A stretch of 64,000 bases of DNA from Albidovulum sp. Its GTDB lineage: Bacteria > Pseudomonadota > Alphaproteobacteria > Rhodobacterales > Rhodobacteraceae. Shown here piece after piece: positions 31,682 to 42,225 of this stretch (position 1 is its first letter; every line of letters starts with the position of its first letter). The notes beneath the pieces are model-generated. The model did no database searches. It was given only the letters and a program-made list of their open reading frames with translations, and had not been told where the DNA came from. Both the position numbers and the translations under genes were made by a program. The DNA is taken from positions 13,576-77,575 of the forward strand of contig NZ_JBARVQ010000284.1 in the NCBI RefSeq assembly GCF_049646345.1, read 5' to 3'.

Positions 31682-32965
31682 ATGTCGGATCACGACTCTC
31701 GGAATGGTCATCGCATGGGTCCGGACATGTACGGATGCGGCCCGCTGATTCCCGCCTTGTCGGAAACCGCCCGCCCTCTCCGCCAGCAGATCTTTGAACG
31801 GGTGCGTGCCGCTGGATTCATTCCGAGGGTACAGGTCGCGAAAGAGCTTGCCATCAGCCCGGCCACGGTAACGACGCTGACGTCAGAGCTTATGGAAATG
31901 GGGCTGGTCGAGGAGATTGCCACGCCACGTGACGGGGAAAGTGGCCGTGGCCGTCCGGCCGTGGCTTTGGGCGTCAGGCCCGATGCGCATCTGGTTGCTG
32001 GGATTAAACTCTCGGACCGGGAAAACACCGCTGTTATCGTCGATTTCGCCGGGAACCTTGTTGCTGATCTTGCGATCCCGCATCAACCGGGGGCGATGGA
32101 GCTTACTGACCTTGTGTCCCTGACCGCCGATTTGGTCGATCAGATCTGTCTCAGGGCCGGGATCGGTCGATCGCAACTCAGCGCTATCGGCCTTGGCGTG
32201 CCGGGCTTTGTCGATGCTGCTGCGGGTATCGCGCATTGGTCGCCACTTTTGTCCGGGCGTCATGTTCCCCTCGCGCAAGCACTGTCCGCCCAACTGGGCC
32301 TTCCGGTTCATATCGACAACGACGCTAATCTGGTGACGCTGGCCGAGCTGTGGTTCGGTGCCGGACGGTACCTGTCCGACTTCGCCGTTGTCACCATCGA
32401 ACATGGCGTCGGCATGGGCTTTGTCCTGAACCACCGTATCTATCGCGGGGCGCAAGGTCTTGGGATGGAGTTAGGCCATACCAAGGTCCAGCTCGACGGG
32501 GCACTCTGCCGGTGCGGTCAGCGTGGCTGTCTTGAGGCCTATGTCGCCGATTATGCCCTCGCGCGTGAGGCGACCACGGCGCTCAACTGGACCAATCGCG
32601 AAAACCGCTCAATCAACATCCTTCTGGAAAGCCTCTATGACCATGCGAAGGCGGGAAATCAGGCGGCACGGTCGATCTTCCACCGGGCCGGGCGGTTCCT
32701 GGCCTTGGGCCTTGCAAATGTGGTGAACCTGTTCGATCCGGAACTGATCATCTTGTCGGGCGAACGGATGCGATACGATTACCTCTATGCCAATGAGACG
32801 CTGGCTGAGATCAAGGCGCTGGCTCTGAATACCGGCCGTCCGGCGCCAAAGATCGAAATCCACGCCTGGGGCGACCTGCTTTGGGCGCATGGCGCGGCGG
32901 CCCTTGCGCTTTCGGCAGTGACCGAAGGGCTGCTCGCCCCGGCGCGCGAGATTGCTGCGCGATGA
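31682..32965 (+). CDS. ROK family transcriptional regulator (probable xylose-operon regulator)
   Basis: N-terminal wHTH (QVAKELAISPATVTTLTSELMEMGLV), ROK signature and zinc motif GHTKV...CRCGQRGCLE. Divergent from xylF. Start uncertain (31682, 31715 or 31727). Confidence 0.8.
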   Translation: MSDHDSRNGHRMGPDMYGCGPLIPALSETARPLRQQIFERVRAAGFIPRVQVAKELAISPATVTTLTSELMEMGLVEEIATPRDGESGRGRPAVALGVRPDAHLVAGIKLSDRENTAVIVDFAGNLVADLAIPHQPGAMELTDLVSLTADLVDQICLRAGIGRSQLSAIGLGVPGFVDAAAGIAHWSPLLSGRHVPLAQALSAQLGLPVHIDNDANLVTLAELWFGAGRYLSDFAVVTIEHGVGMGFVLNHRIYRGAQGLGMELGHTKVQLDGALCRCGQRGCLEAYVADYALAREATTALNWTNRENRSINILLESLYDHAKAGNQAARSIFHRAGRFLALGLANVVNLFDPELIILSGERMRYDYLYANETLAEIKALALNTGRPAPKIEIHAWGDLLWAHGAAALALSAVTEGLLAPAREIAAR

Positions 32966-34482
32966 AGTCACTCATTCCCGCGCTGGTTTTCGCATTTTCG
33001 GCCTGTGCAGAGCCTGTTTTTGTCGACCGGGCGGCGGGCCTTTCCATGCGCCATGTTTATGACGGCGGATGGGAACACTTTGTCGGTGGGGGTGTTGCGG
33101 TATTGGATTGCAACGGCGATGACCGGCCCGACCTCTTTGCCGCAGGCGGCGAAAATCCTGCCCGGCTGTTCGTTAACATAACGGTCGGACCCGGCGCGCC
33201 GATTACATTCACCGAAGGTACACCATCGGACATCCGTGGAACGACGGGCACCTATCCGTTGGATATCGACGGCGACGGCTTCCTCGATATTGCGGTACTC
33301 AGGGTCGGCCCGGACATGCTACTGCGCGGCGGCCCGGACTGCAGCTTTACCGATGCCTCCTCCGAATGGGGTTTTCATCCGCGCGACGCCTGGACCACGG
33401 CCTTTTCCGCGATATGGGAACAGGGGCAGTCCCTGCCCACCCTCGCCTTCGGCCATTACGTCGATCGCGCCAATCCCGATGGGCCGTTCGAGGCTTGTGA
33501 CACCTCCGATCTCTATCGCCCCGATGGCAATGTGTATGGAACACCCGAAATCATCGCGCCCGGTTTTTGCGCGCTGTCGATGCTGATATCCGACTGGCAA
33601 CGCAAGGGCGATCCGGAACTGCGCATCTCCAACGACCGGCACTACTACGTGCGCGGCGGCTATGAGCAGATGTTCCGGCTGAACCCGCTGACCGAACACA
33701 CCAAGGATTGGCCGCATGTCTCGCTCTGGGGTATGGGGATCGCCAGCCAGGACATCACCGGAGACGGGCTGCCCGAGGTGATGATGACCTCGATGGGCGA
33801 CCAGCTGTTGCAGATCAACACCGGCACCGGCTTCGTCAACGCACCCTATGAGATCGGCACCTATGCCCATGTGCCATTCATCGGCGACGATGGTCGCCCC
33901 TCGACCGGCTGGCATGCGGAGTTTGGCGATATCGATAATGATGGACGGATGGATCTGTTTATCGCCAAGGGCAATGTCGACCAGATGCCGTCGAACGCGA
34001 TCCACGACCCCAACAATCTGCTGATGCAGAGCGCGGACGGGAAGTTCGTCGAAAAAGCCGAAATGGCAGGCATCGCGACGACCGAGCGGTCGCGCGGCGC
34101 GGCGCTGGCTGATCTCGATGGCGACGGGCGTCTCGATATCGTGGTGATGAACCGCCGCGCGCCGATGGAGATCTGGCAGAACGCAACCACGAATACTGGC
34201 CATTGGGCCGGAATAGAGCCTGTTTCTGTTGTAAACACCCGGGCTATCGGCGCCTGGGTGGAGCTGCGCTTCGGTGATAAGGCGGAAGTACGCGAAGTGA
34301 CTGTGGGCGGCGGTCACGCCGGGGGGCAGGCAGGGCCGTTGCATTTCGGATTGGGCTCAGAAACCGCAGCAGAAGTCAGAGTGATCTGGCCCGAAGGCGT
34401 TGCATCGGACTGGGTCCCGGTGCCGGTGGATCGGGTGATACGGGTTTCGCGGAACGGGACCGGGCTGACGCTCGGCCATTAA
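32962..34482 (+). CDS. CRTAC1-family lipoprotein (FG-GAP/VCBS repeats plus ASPIC/UnbV C-terminal domain)
   Basis: Start MKSLIPALVFAFSAC (lipobox) overlaps the ROK stop (ATGA). Repeated DxDGDG/DxNxDG calcium-type motifs (CNGDDRPDLF, DIDGDGFLD, DITGDGLPE, DIDNDGRMD, DLDGDGRLD). C-terminal GAWVELRFG...GGGHAGGQAGPLHFGLG. Confidence 0.75.
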   Translation: MKSLIPALVFAFSACAEPVFVDRAAGLSMRHVYDGGWEHFVGGGVAVLDCNGDDRPDLFAAGGENPARLFVNITVGPGAPITFTEGTPSDIRGTTGTYPLDIDGDGFLDIAVLRVGPDMLLRGGPDCSFTDASSEWGFHPRDAWTTAFSAIWEQGQSLPTLAFGHYVDRANPDGPFEACDTSDLYRPDGNVYGTPEIIAPGFCALSMLISDWQRKGDPELRISNDRHYYVRGGYEQMFRLNPLTEHTKDWPHVSLWGMGIASQDITGDGLPEVMMTSMGDQLLQINTGTGFVNAPYEIGTYAHVPFIGDDGRPSTGWHAEFGDIDNDGRMDLFIAKGNVDQMPSNAIHDPNNLLMQSADGKFVEKAEMAGIATTERSRGAALADLDGDGRLDIVVMNRRAPMEIWQNATTNTGHWAGIEPVSVVNTRAIGAWVELRFGDKAEVREVTVGGGHAGGQAGPLHFGLGSETAAEVRVIWPEGVASDWVPVPVDRVIRVSRNGTGLTLGH

Positions 34483-35789
34483 CGATCAACCGGCAGTCCG
34501 CTCGGCACGGTATCCGGCACGCCCAGCCGCCCTACAATCGCACTATCATCGGTCAGCGCCTGCAAGAAAGCGACGAGGGCGTCGATCTCCTTGTCCGTCA
34601 GCGGCTTTCCGGGAAGAGCCGCGTTCTGAATGGCGGCGACCTCATCCGCGGCATCGAGGATCACCCAATCCGGTTTGGTACCATCAAGCTGCGGCAAGAC
34701 AGCCTGCTTGCGGTCATAACCGCCAAGGCCCACGCCGGGATTGGCATGATGGGCGAGAAACGCACGGATATCCGTCCAGGCGCCGGCATGGCCCCATGGC
34801 CCGGTCCGCATGACATTCCTGAGCGACGGCGTGCGGAACGCATAGGCATCCTCGGCCCGGTTCGTCACCCGCATCCGCCCGATATCGCGCGAATGGCTTT
34901 CGAACCGCTCGGCCTTGCCGGGGCCGATCTGCGGCTCGCCTATGGCGTGGAAACCCTGATCGGTCTGGAACTTACCCGAATGGCAGGCGCTGCAACCGGC
35001 TTCGCCATAGAACAGCGCCAATCCGGCATCTTGTTCATCTGAAAGCTTACCCTCGCCCCTCAGCATCCGGTCAAACGCGGAATTGTCAGCCCGCCATTCG
35101 AATTCCACGAAGGCCGCAATGGCGTTTGAAATGTCGGTGAAGGCGATATCCTTCCCGGCCGCAATTTCGGGATAGGCGTCACTGAACATGTCCCGATAGG
35201 CCGGAATCGCTGCGATACGTTGCGAAATGATGTCCCACGCCCCACCCTCGCCAGTGATCCGGCCGCTGCGCACCGCCTTGGCGACATCGTTTTCTTGATA
35301 ATGCCCGGCCATTTCATCGGGCGAGAGAACCGGGAACATCGTCTGGGCCGACAGGATCGAGGCAAAGCCTGCGACCATCTCATCCTCAAGCGGCGTTCTC
35401 AGACCGGTAGGCCGCGACGGATCGGCCTCAATCCGGCCGTCATGGAACATCACCGTGAATTCGCGCGCGCCCAGATTGAACAAAGCGGGCGCGTTGCGGG
35501 GGATGCGCTGTTCGGGCAGGTTATCCGGATCGACGTGGCGGTCGGGGCCAAGCCCGATCCCGCCTTCACCCAGCCCCAGAGACAACCCGTCAGAGGTGGC
35601 GAAACGCGGATGGTGACAGGTCGCACAGGAAATATTGCGGTTCCCCGACAGGATCGGATCATAGAACAGAAGCTGACCCAGCCGCGCTTCGGCCTCAATC
35701 ACCGGCAGGTAATCGCCATCGGTGATAGCGGCGGGTATTTCCGCCAAAGCGGGTCCGGCAATGACGGCAAGGATCAGGGAAATGCGCAT
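34479..35789 (-). CDS. di-haem cytochrome c peroxidase family protein (CCP/MauG-like), exported
   Basis: Signal MRISLILAVIAGPALA. Two CxxCH motifs (CATCHH, CSACHS). 436 aa. Confidence 0.85.
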   Translation of the reverse strand: MRISLILAVIAGPALAEIPAAITDGDYLPVIEAEARLGQLLFYDPILSGNRNISCATCHHPRFATSDGLSLGLGEGGIGLGPDRHVDPDNLPEQRIPRNAPALFNLGAREFTVMFHDGRIEADPSRPTGLRTPLEDEMVAGFASILSAQTMFPVLSPDEMAGHYQENDVAKAVRSGRITGEGGAWDIISQRIAAIPAYRDMFSDAYPEIAAGKDIAFTDISNAIAAFVEFEWRADNSAFDRMLRGEGKLSDEQDAGLALFYGEAGCSACHSGKFQTDQGFHAIGEPQIGPGKAERFESHSRDIGRMRVTNRAEDAYAFRTPSLRNVMRTGPWGHAGAWTDIRAFLAHHANPGVGLGGYDRKQAVLPQLDGTKPDWVILDAADEVAAIQNAALPGKPLTDKEIDALVAFLQALTDDSAIVGRLGVPDTVPSGLPVDR

Positions 35790-35913
35790 GGTTTACCTCC
35801 GACTGGGCAAGCTTTAACCCGCAAAAAGGCTTCTGCCCAGATGGTAGCCGATGGATCGACCATTGCGGGCTGTCGGGCAACGCGCGAACATGGGCTGAGT
35901 GAGTGGAGTTGCC

Positions 35914-36753
35914 ATGCGACGGATGTTGGACCCGAAATTCATGGTCAGCCTTGCCCGTTCGGTCTGGCACGCATCCGACGACCGGCATCTGGGGCTGATC
36001 GCGGCGGGGGTCGCGTTTTATACGATGCTCGCGATCTTTCCCGGCATGGCCGCGACAATCGCAATCTGGGGGTTCTTCGCCGATCCGGTGGTGATGCGCG
36101 ATTACCTTGCCCAGATCCATGACCTGATGCCGGATGCAGCTTACGGCATCATCGAAGCCCAGTTGAATGCGCTGCTGGCGGCAAATACCTCGACTTTGGG
36201 CTGGACCACTGCGGTATCCCTCGCGGTGGCCCTTTATTCAGTGCATTCCGGGGTGTCGGCCCTGATCGCCGGGCTGAACGCAATCCATGCCAGCCGCCGG
36301 CGCAGCGGGATCATGCGGCTTGTCGGGTCCGTTATGTTGACGCTTGCGCTGATGGGGCTCTTCCTGACGGCGCTGGCCACCGTCGTCATTTTGCCGATCG
36401 CGCTCAATTTCCTGCCGCTTGGACCGGTGGCGGGGTACATCCTCGGCATTCTGCCATGGGCGGTGATGTTCGTGGTCGTGCTGATCGTCCTTGGTCTCTT
36501 TTATCGCTGGGGGCCGAACATGGATGCGCGCCATGCGTGGATTACGCCTGGTGCAGTGCTGGCCGCCCTTCTTTGGGCCGGGGCATCCATGGCGTTCTCT
36601 GTCTACCTGGCGAATTTCGGCGCCTATAACCGGGTCTATGGCTCCATCGGTGCGGTGATCGCGCTTTTGATGTGGCTCTATATCTCGGCTTACATCGTGC
36701 TGCTGGGGGCGGCGATCAATGCCGAACGCGCCCGGCTGATCCGCGATCAGTAA
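35914..36753 (+). CDS. YihY/BrkB family membrane protein
   Basis: HLGLIAAGVAFYTMLAIFPG motif, 6 TM. ATG at 35914 (the ORF track starts at GTG 35899). Confidence 0.8.
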   Translation: MRRMLDPKFMVSLARSVWHASDDRHLGLIAAGVAFYTMLAIFPGMAATIAIWGFFADPVVMRDYLAQIHDLMPDAAYGIIEAQLNALLAANTSTLGWTTAVSLAVALYSVHSGVSALIAGLNAIHASRRRSGIMRLVGSVMLTLALMGLFLTALATVVILPIALNFLPLGPVAGYILGILPWAVMFVVVLIVLGLFYRWGPNMDARHAWITPGAVLAALLWAGASMAFSVYLANFGAYNRVYGSIGAVIALLMWLYISAYIVLLGAAINAERARLIRDQ

Positions 36754-39700
36754 TCCTTTTCGTAGAACAGCCCGACCCCTGTCCCGCCATCGGATTCGAG
36801 TTTACCGCGCAGCGTCACGCCGGGCCGAACATCGAGGTTGAGGTTCAGCTCGGTCTTGCCCTCACCGCCGATGGTGACATCGGTATAGACCTTTTCCGAG
36901 ATGTATTTGCCGGCCCGCAATGCCGCTGTTCCATTCTCATCCGTCGTCACATCGAGGTCGTCGAGCCCGAAGGAGTTCCGCAACTTTGACACGATGCCTT
37001 CGCCGCCCTTCCCGGCCAGAGTGGCCACAGCCGAGGCGAGTTGCGCCGCCTGGAAAGGCGATAGGCTGGTCAGGCTACGGCCGAACAGCAAATGCGCGAT
37101 GACCTCTTCTTCCGGCAATTCGGGTGACGACAGGAACCGGATCTCGGGCTCGGATGCTTCGCCTTCGATCACGATCGTCGCGGTGATCGTGTCGCTTTGC
37201 GATGAGGCCGAAAACCGGACATAGGGCGTCAACGCGCCCTGCAACTGCACCAGACCCTCATCCATGGTGAACCGCTTTCCAAGGATATCGAGCCGTCCGC
37301 GAATAAGCGTGAATTGGCCTGAGGGCACGATATTCGCGGTGGTGCCACCGACCTTCAATGACCCGCCCATTTCGGCATCGAGCCCGCGGCCGCGAACGAA
37401 GATCCGCTCCGGGGCCGAGATTGTCAGATCGAGCCCGTAGACCGGCCCACCCTTCTTCCCGGCGTCATCATCCTTGATCAGCCCGGCGCGTGCGCGTGTC
37501 CGGCGAACGCCCGCCGGTTCATTGACATGCGCGATCCCGTCAACCACCGAGGTTGTCCCGAACCCGGTCGAGGGAATACTAATCTCTGTCCGGCCAAGTG
37601 CCACCGCACCTTCGATCCGCGCGCCACCCCGGAAGGCACCGCGAATGGCGACCGACCCATCGACGGTGGTGTCATAAAGATCGGGATCGCGCAGCTTGAC
37701 CGCATTCAGGCGCAGCGCCAGATCGCCCTCAAAGGGCGGCGTCAGCGCCACCGGGCCGGATACTTCAATCCGTCCCCCGCCCCGGACATTGGCCCCGCCC
37801 GATACCGTCGCGCGGGAATTTGCAAGGTCGGCGCTGACAATCAGATCCTGCAGCTCGATCCCGAAGGTCGGCGCAACCAGCCGCCCGCCATTGATGCCAA
37901 CCCTGCCGGATAGTGAGGCAAGGCGCGGTGGACCGGACAGGCGCAGGTCGAATGAAACCGGACCTTCGACGTTGCGGGGGGCGATGAACGGGTTCAGGAT
38001 CGCCGATTGCGCCCCGCCATCAATCGCCAGATCGGCGGTCTTGAAATCCTGCGCGATACTGCCATCGATCCTTGCGGTGGTTGCACCGGGGCCGGTTACA
38101 CCCAAATCTACAAGGTAACGCGTGCCCTCTTCGGTAATCCGACCCTCGGCCGTCAGCGGCCCGGGAAAGCCGGGGGCGAGCAGGGCCATATTGTTCAGGC
38201 GGGCGGATAGATCGATGTGGCGGATTTCCCCTTCGCTGACCCCCTCGGCATCCAGCGACAGTTGCGGGTTCGCGATGCGCAGTGCCTCCAGCCTTACACG
38301 GTCGCCGGTCTGTTCGGCGGCAAGGCTGATCTCGGACGATCCGGCCAAAAGCTGATCAACGCTCGCCTGACCGATACCAAGATTGCCGCCGCGCCCCTCC
38401 AGCGTGATGCGGCGGGTGTCACCGGTTTCCGTCAGCCGCGCCTCGGCGGCGAGCGACCCCCGGTATTTCGGGCCAAGAACTGCCAGGTCGGAAAAATCGA
38501 GCGTCGCGGTCAGATCGCTCGCGCCGGTGCGCAACACGCCCTGCGCCTGCGCGGAGAGGGTGGAGGCGACAAGATCAAGCGTGCGAATCTCGATCCCTTC
38601 CGTATCACGCCGGACCGAGGCGAGGATGCGCGACGTACCCGACAGCAGCCGGTCAAGTTCGGCCTGACCGATGCTCAGATCCTGTCCTTCAATGCTGCCT
38701 TCGGCGTCGAAGATGCCGGACAGAAGACCCGCCGATCCCGACAGGTCCAGTCTTGCAGCACCGCCAACAGGTCGCTTGGCCAGGGCCGAGAACCGCGCCA
38801 TATCCTCGATCTCGGCCAGAACGCGGCCAGAAAGATCGGGCCCGGTTTCCGTGCTGGCGATGTTCAAGCCGCCCGACGCGCCATATCCATCGCCGGTCAC
38901 CTCAAGAACCGGAATGCGCAAAGGCGTGCCCTTCAGCCAGTGAAACACCGCGCGCCCCGAAAGGGTCTGGCCCAGCGCCTCGGCCAAAGCCGGGTCGGTC
39001 GGGGTCAGCCCCTCGGCGGCAAAGCGGACATTGCCGCCGATGCGCGCGGCCACGACCCCGTCGTGACTGGGCCGCCCGATCCGCCCCGATCCGTCAAGCG
39101 AAAGCCAGGCAATAGAGATATCGGGGCGGTGCAGGTTTTTGACCGTGCCTTCCAGCTTCCAGCCGTCACCTCGTGCCGCCGCATAGCGGAACATCAGATC
39201 GGCACGGGTCAGCAAGGTCTGTTCGCCGGGTATCGGCAGCAGCACCTCTGACCCATCGGCCAGTCCCACCCGGATCGTCAGCGCCGTGCGGATCGGCAAT
39301 CCATCGGGCGCGAGGCTGAGGCTGCCGGTCAGATCCAGCCCGCGCGATCCCAGCACCAGCCGGGTCAGGTCAAGCTGGCCCGAGGGCAGTTTGCTCCCCT
39401 CGGCCTCAAGCGTGATGTCGGGCCCAAAAAACTCCTGATATTCCGGCAATAGCAGTGGCGCGATATCGCCGCCGATATTGGCGGCAAAGCTGCGTTCAAC
39501 CTTGCCATTGTCATCTTCGACGGAAAGCAGTGTGACCGCGCCCGAAAGCCGTGCCACCCCATCGGTTGTCAGCGATATGTCGGTCTTGAAATCGTCGATG
39601 ACACCCGATCCGTGAACCGCAAGTTCGATGGACGGCGTGCCGGGCAGGCCGATCAGGTTCGCGGCGATCCCGTCCTTGCCCTCGGCCACCAACAGGTCGA

Positions 39701-40286
39701 GCGTGGCCTTGCGCGATGCGTTGGCATAGCTGCCGGTCAGGGACAGCGTTCCCTTGCGCCCATCGATGCGTTCGATGGAAAAGTCGGCCGATCCTTCGCC
39801 GCCGGAAAGTTGGGCGGTGCCGGTCAGCGACACTTCCGCTGCCGCTCCGAACAAAGCCTCGCCAAGCACCACGCGGTCCGCGCGCAATGTTCCGATTTTG
39901 ACCGCCACCGGCAGATCCGGAAGGCTGAAGCCTTTCGCCTCGGCCGCTGGTCCTTCGGTTGCAGGCTTGCGCGGCAGCAGGATCTCGCCCGCCGTCATCT
40001 CCTCAATCTCGATACTGCCCGAAATCAGCGCTCGGCGGTTCCAGCTGATCGTTCCGTCGCGGAGGGTCAGCCAGATGCCCTCGCTGTCGGCGATGGTCAT
40101 TTCGGCAAATGTCGCACGCGATGATAGCGCGCCGACAAAGCCGGTGATGCGTACATCCCGCCCGGCGCCTGAAAGGTTGTCCTCCAGCAGGCCGGTCAGG
40201 AAGTCACGGTCCTCGTTCGAGGTTTCCTGTGCAAGTGCCAGAACCGGCAGGAGGCAAAGACAAAGGGCAAACCAAAACCGCCGCAT
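36747..40286 (-). CDS. tamB: translocation and assembly module protein TamB (DUF490)
   Basis: 1179 aa. N-terminal anchor MRRFWFALCLCLLPVLALA, a long beta-rich repetitive body and a DUF490-like C-terminus ending GVGLFYEKDY. 1-nt overlap with tamA. Confidence 0.8.
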   Translation of the reverse strand: MRRFWFALCLCLLPVLALAQETSNEDRDFLTGLLEDNLSGAGRDVRITGFVGALSSRATFAEMTIADSEGIWLTLRDGTISWNRRALISGSIEIEEMTAGEILLPRKPATEGPAAEAKGFSLPDLPVAVKIGTLRADRVVLGEALFGAAAEVSLTGTAQLSGGEGSADFSIERIDGRKGTLSLTGSYANASRKATLDLLVAEGKDGIAANLIGLPGTPSIELAVHGSGVIDDFKTDISLTTDGVARLSGAVTLLSVEDDNGKVERSFAANIGGDIAPLLLPEYQEFFGPDITLEAEGSKLPSGQLDLTRLVLGSRGLDLTGSLSLAPDGLPIRTALTIRVGLADGSEVLLPIPGEQTLLTRADLMFRYAAARGDGWKLEGTVKNLHRPDISIAWLSLDGSGRIGRPSHDGVVAARIGGNVRFAAEGLTPTDPALAEALGQTLSGRAVFHWLKGTPLRIPVLEVTGDGYGASGGLNIASTETGPDLSGRVLAEIEDMARFSALAKRPVGGAARLDLSGSAGLLSGIFDAEGSIEGQDLSIGQAELDRLLSGTSRILASVRRDTEGIEIRTLDLVASTLSAQAQGVLRTGASDLTATLDFSDLAVLGPKYRGSLAAEARLTETGDTRRITLEGRGGNLGIGQASVDQLLAGSSEISLAAEQTGDRVRLEALRIANPQLSLDAEGVSEGEIRHIDLSARLNNMALLAPGFPGPLTAEGRITEEGTRYLVDLGVTGPGATTARIDGSIAQDFKTADLAIDGGAQSAILNPFIAPRNVEGPVSFDLRLSGPPRLASLSGRVGINGGRLVAPTFGIELQDLIVSADLANSRATVSGGANVRGGGRIEVSGPVALTPPFEGDLALRLNAVKLRDPDLYDTTVDGSVAIRGAFRGGARIEGAVALGRTEISIPSTGFGTTSVVDGIAHVNEPAGVRRTRARAGLIKDDDAGKKGGPVYGLDLTISAPERIFVRGRGLDAEMGGSLKVGGTTANIVPSGQFTLIRGRLDILGKRFTMDEGLVQLQGALTPYVRFSASSQSDTITATIVIEGEASEPEIRFLSSPELPEEEVIAHLLFGRSLTSLSPFQAAQLASAVATLAGKGGEGIVSKLRNSFGLDDLDVTTDENGTAALRAGKYISEKVYTDVTIGGEGKTELNLNLDVRPGVTLRGKLESDGGTGVGLFYEKDY

Positions 40287-42133
40287 CAGAACGCCTGCCC
40301 TATGCCGACATAGATCTGCACACCGTCACCGGTTCCACCGGAAACCGGCAGGCCGACATCCAGCCGGATCGGCCCGATCCCGGTATCGTAGCGCAGGCCC
40401 AGCCCCGCGCCCGAATGCCATTCGCCAGTGCCGCCCCACAGCCCTTCATCGCTGACAAACCCGGCATCATAGAAGGCCACCGCACCGATCTTTTCGGTGA
40501 TACCCGCCCGTATCTCACCCGAAAACCCGACAAAGCTCATCCCGCCCGACTGGATGGTGAGTGTGGGCGATTTCATCACCGGCACGCCCAGAGATTGAAA
40601 AGGTTGTCCGCGCACCGAGCCGCCACCGCCCGAGAAGAACAGGAAATCGGGCGGCGTATCGGCAAGGTCAGGCCCGACAACCGTGCCAAGCTGGAACCGC
40701 CCCGCCAGGACAACACGGCCAGAGCCGCCAAGGCTGCGATAGGCCCGCGCATCGGCTTTGATCTGGCCGCCCGATCCGGTGGTGTTCAGCCCCAGAAACG
40801 GGGTTGCGTCCAGATCAAGGTAATAACCCTTTCGCGCATCGGTCGGATTGTCGCGATCATCCCATGTCAGCGACAGCGGCAGGGCGAACAGGTCGAAGTC
40901 GGTGCTGCCCGCCGCATCCTTGGCGGTCGAATGGATATAGGCGATCCCGGCCTCGGCCGTCAGTCGGTCACTGAGAACGCGGGTCAGGCCGAAGCTGAGT
41001 TTCAGGCTGTCGACGGTCTGGTCGACAACCTCGGTCCGCTCTGCCCGCGCCTCGATGAAAGCCGTGGCATCGGTCACCGGCGTCGCTGGCCGGTCGATCC
41101 GGACGCCAAGGCTATAGCCAAGATCGGTATCCTGCGCGCCGATCCGGTCGATGGCGGCATCCACCCGCAACCTTTCGGCCCCGCCCAGAAGGTTGCGGTG
41201 CAGCCAGTAGCCCGACAGGTTCATCCCGTCCGAGGTCGACGCCTCGATCCCGAAACCGAACCGGCGCAACGCCTCTTCGGCAAGCGCCAGATCGACGTCC
41301 AGGGTATCGCCGGGGCCGAGCGTTTCAGCCTCGGTCAGCGCGACCGAGCGGAAGACCCCGGTGCGGCGCAGCCGTTTCGCGACGGTTTCCATCTCGGACG
41401 GGTCAAAGACCTCACCGGTGGGAAAGCCCGCAATTTTCCGTATCCGCTCCAGTCGCATCCGCTCATTGCCGGTCACGTTCAGATCGCCGAACCGCACGCG
41501 CGGGCCAGGGGACAACAGAATTTCGGAACTAAGGGTCGCGCTCCGATGATCGGCGACGATCTTCTGCCCCGAAACCTGCGCCTTGGCATGGCCGACATTG
41601 CGCCAGCCTTCCACCCCTGCTTCGGCCGCCTCGACAATGGCGGTGGAATAGGCGGGTTTGGTGTCACCGTAAGCGGGCGGCAGTTTGGTGCCCTTTGCAT
41701 AGGGTTTCATCCGCGCCTTGCCGAAGGTGAAACGCGGCCCCGGCTTGACCGTGACTTTGATTGTGCTGATCGTGCGGGGCGCGTCGAGGGGTGCAATGTT
41801 CGCGGCTTCCTGCCCATCGATCCTGATGCGGATCACGCCGGAATAGTAGCCCTCGGCATAAAGCGCGCCGAGCAGCCGGGCATAATCGGCCCGCGCGGCA
41901 GCAAAGAGCGATTGCGAATCCGTCGTCCCTTCGCGCTCTGCCTGTTTCAGCAAGGATGCCGCAGTCAGTGCATCGGTCAGATCATCGCGGGCGCCTTGGA
42001 CGTTGATTGACAGTGAGTTCAGCGCGCGTCCGGGCGAGGCGAGGAAAGCGACCACAGCACAGGACAGGGCCAGTACTGACGATTTAACGATGCCTGTCCG
42101 CCCACTCTGCAACGTCACCCCCCGGCCAATCAC
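40286..42133 (-). CDS. tamA: outer-membrane protein assembly factor TamA (Omp85/BamA family)
   Basis: About 600 aa. POTRA-like N-terminal part and a C-terminal surface-antigen beta-barrel ending VGIGQAF (aromatic terminus). Start codon uncertain. Confidence 0.8.
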   Translation of the reverse strand: MIGRGVTLQSGRTGIVKSSVLALSCAVVAFLASPGRALNSLSINVQGARDDLTDALTAASLLKQAEREGTTDSQSLFAAARADYARLLGALYAEGYYSGVIRIRIDGQEAANIAPLDAPRTISTIKVTVKPGPRFTFGKARMKPYAKGTKLPPAYGDTKPAYSTAIVEAAEAGVEGWRNVGHAKAQVSGQKIVADHRSATLSSEILLSPGPRVRFGDLNVTGNERMRLERIRKIAGFPTGEVFDPSEMETVAKRLRRTGVFRSVALTEAETLGPGDTLDVDLALAEEALRRFGFGIEASTSDGMNLSGYWLHRNLLGGAERLRVDAAIDRIGAQDTDLGYSLGVRIDRPATPVTDATAFIEARAERTEVVDQTVDSLKLSFGLTRVLSDRLTAEAGIAYIHSTAKDAAGSTDFDLFALPLSLTWDDRDNPTDARKGYYLDLDATPFLGLNTTGSGGQIKADARAYRSLGGSGRVVLAGRFQLGTVVGPDLADTPPDFLFFSGGGGSVRGQPFQSLGVPVMKSPTLTIQSGGMSFVGFSGEIRAGITEKIGAVAFYDAGFVSDEGLWGGTGEWHSGAGLGLRYDTGIGPIRLDVGLPVSGGTGDGVQIYVGIGQAF

Positions 42134-42225
42134 ACGGGTTCATACCTTGCAGCATTCGGCGGCGAATTCCAGCGCCCTGCGGCCCACCGGGCGTGTTTTG
42201 GCGCATGACCCGCGAAATTGTGAAC

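Noticed and set aside
40229-42010. 593-aa plus-strand ORF, one of many other long ORFs (601..1770, 4972..6126, 8136..9050, 17293..18462, 25460..26329, 33319..34344, 38217..39251, 48195..49529, 55493..56380)
   Set aside because: Each lies antisense to, or out of frame with, a gene that has strong family motifs. Their translations are Arg/Gly/Pro/Ala-rich with no recognisable motifs, as expected from stop-codon depletion in GC-rich DNA.
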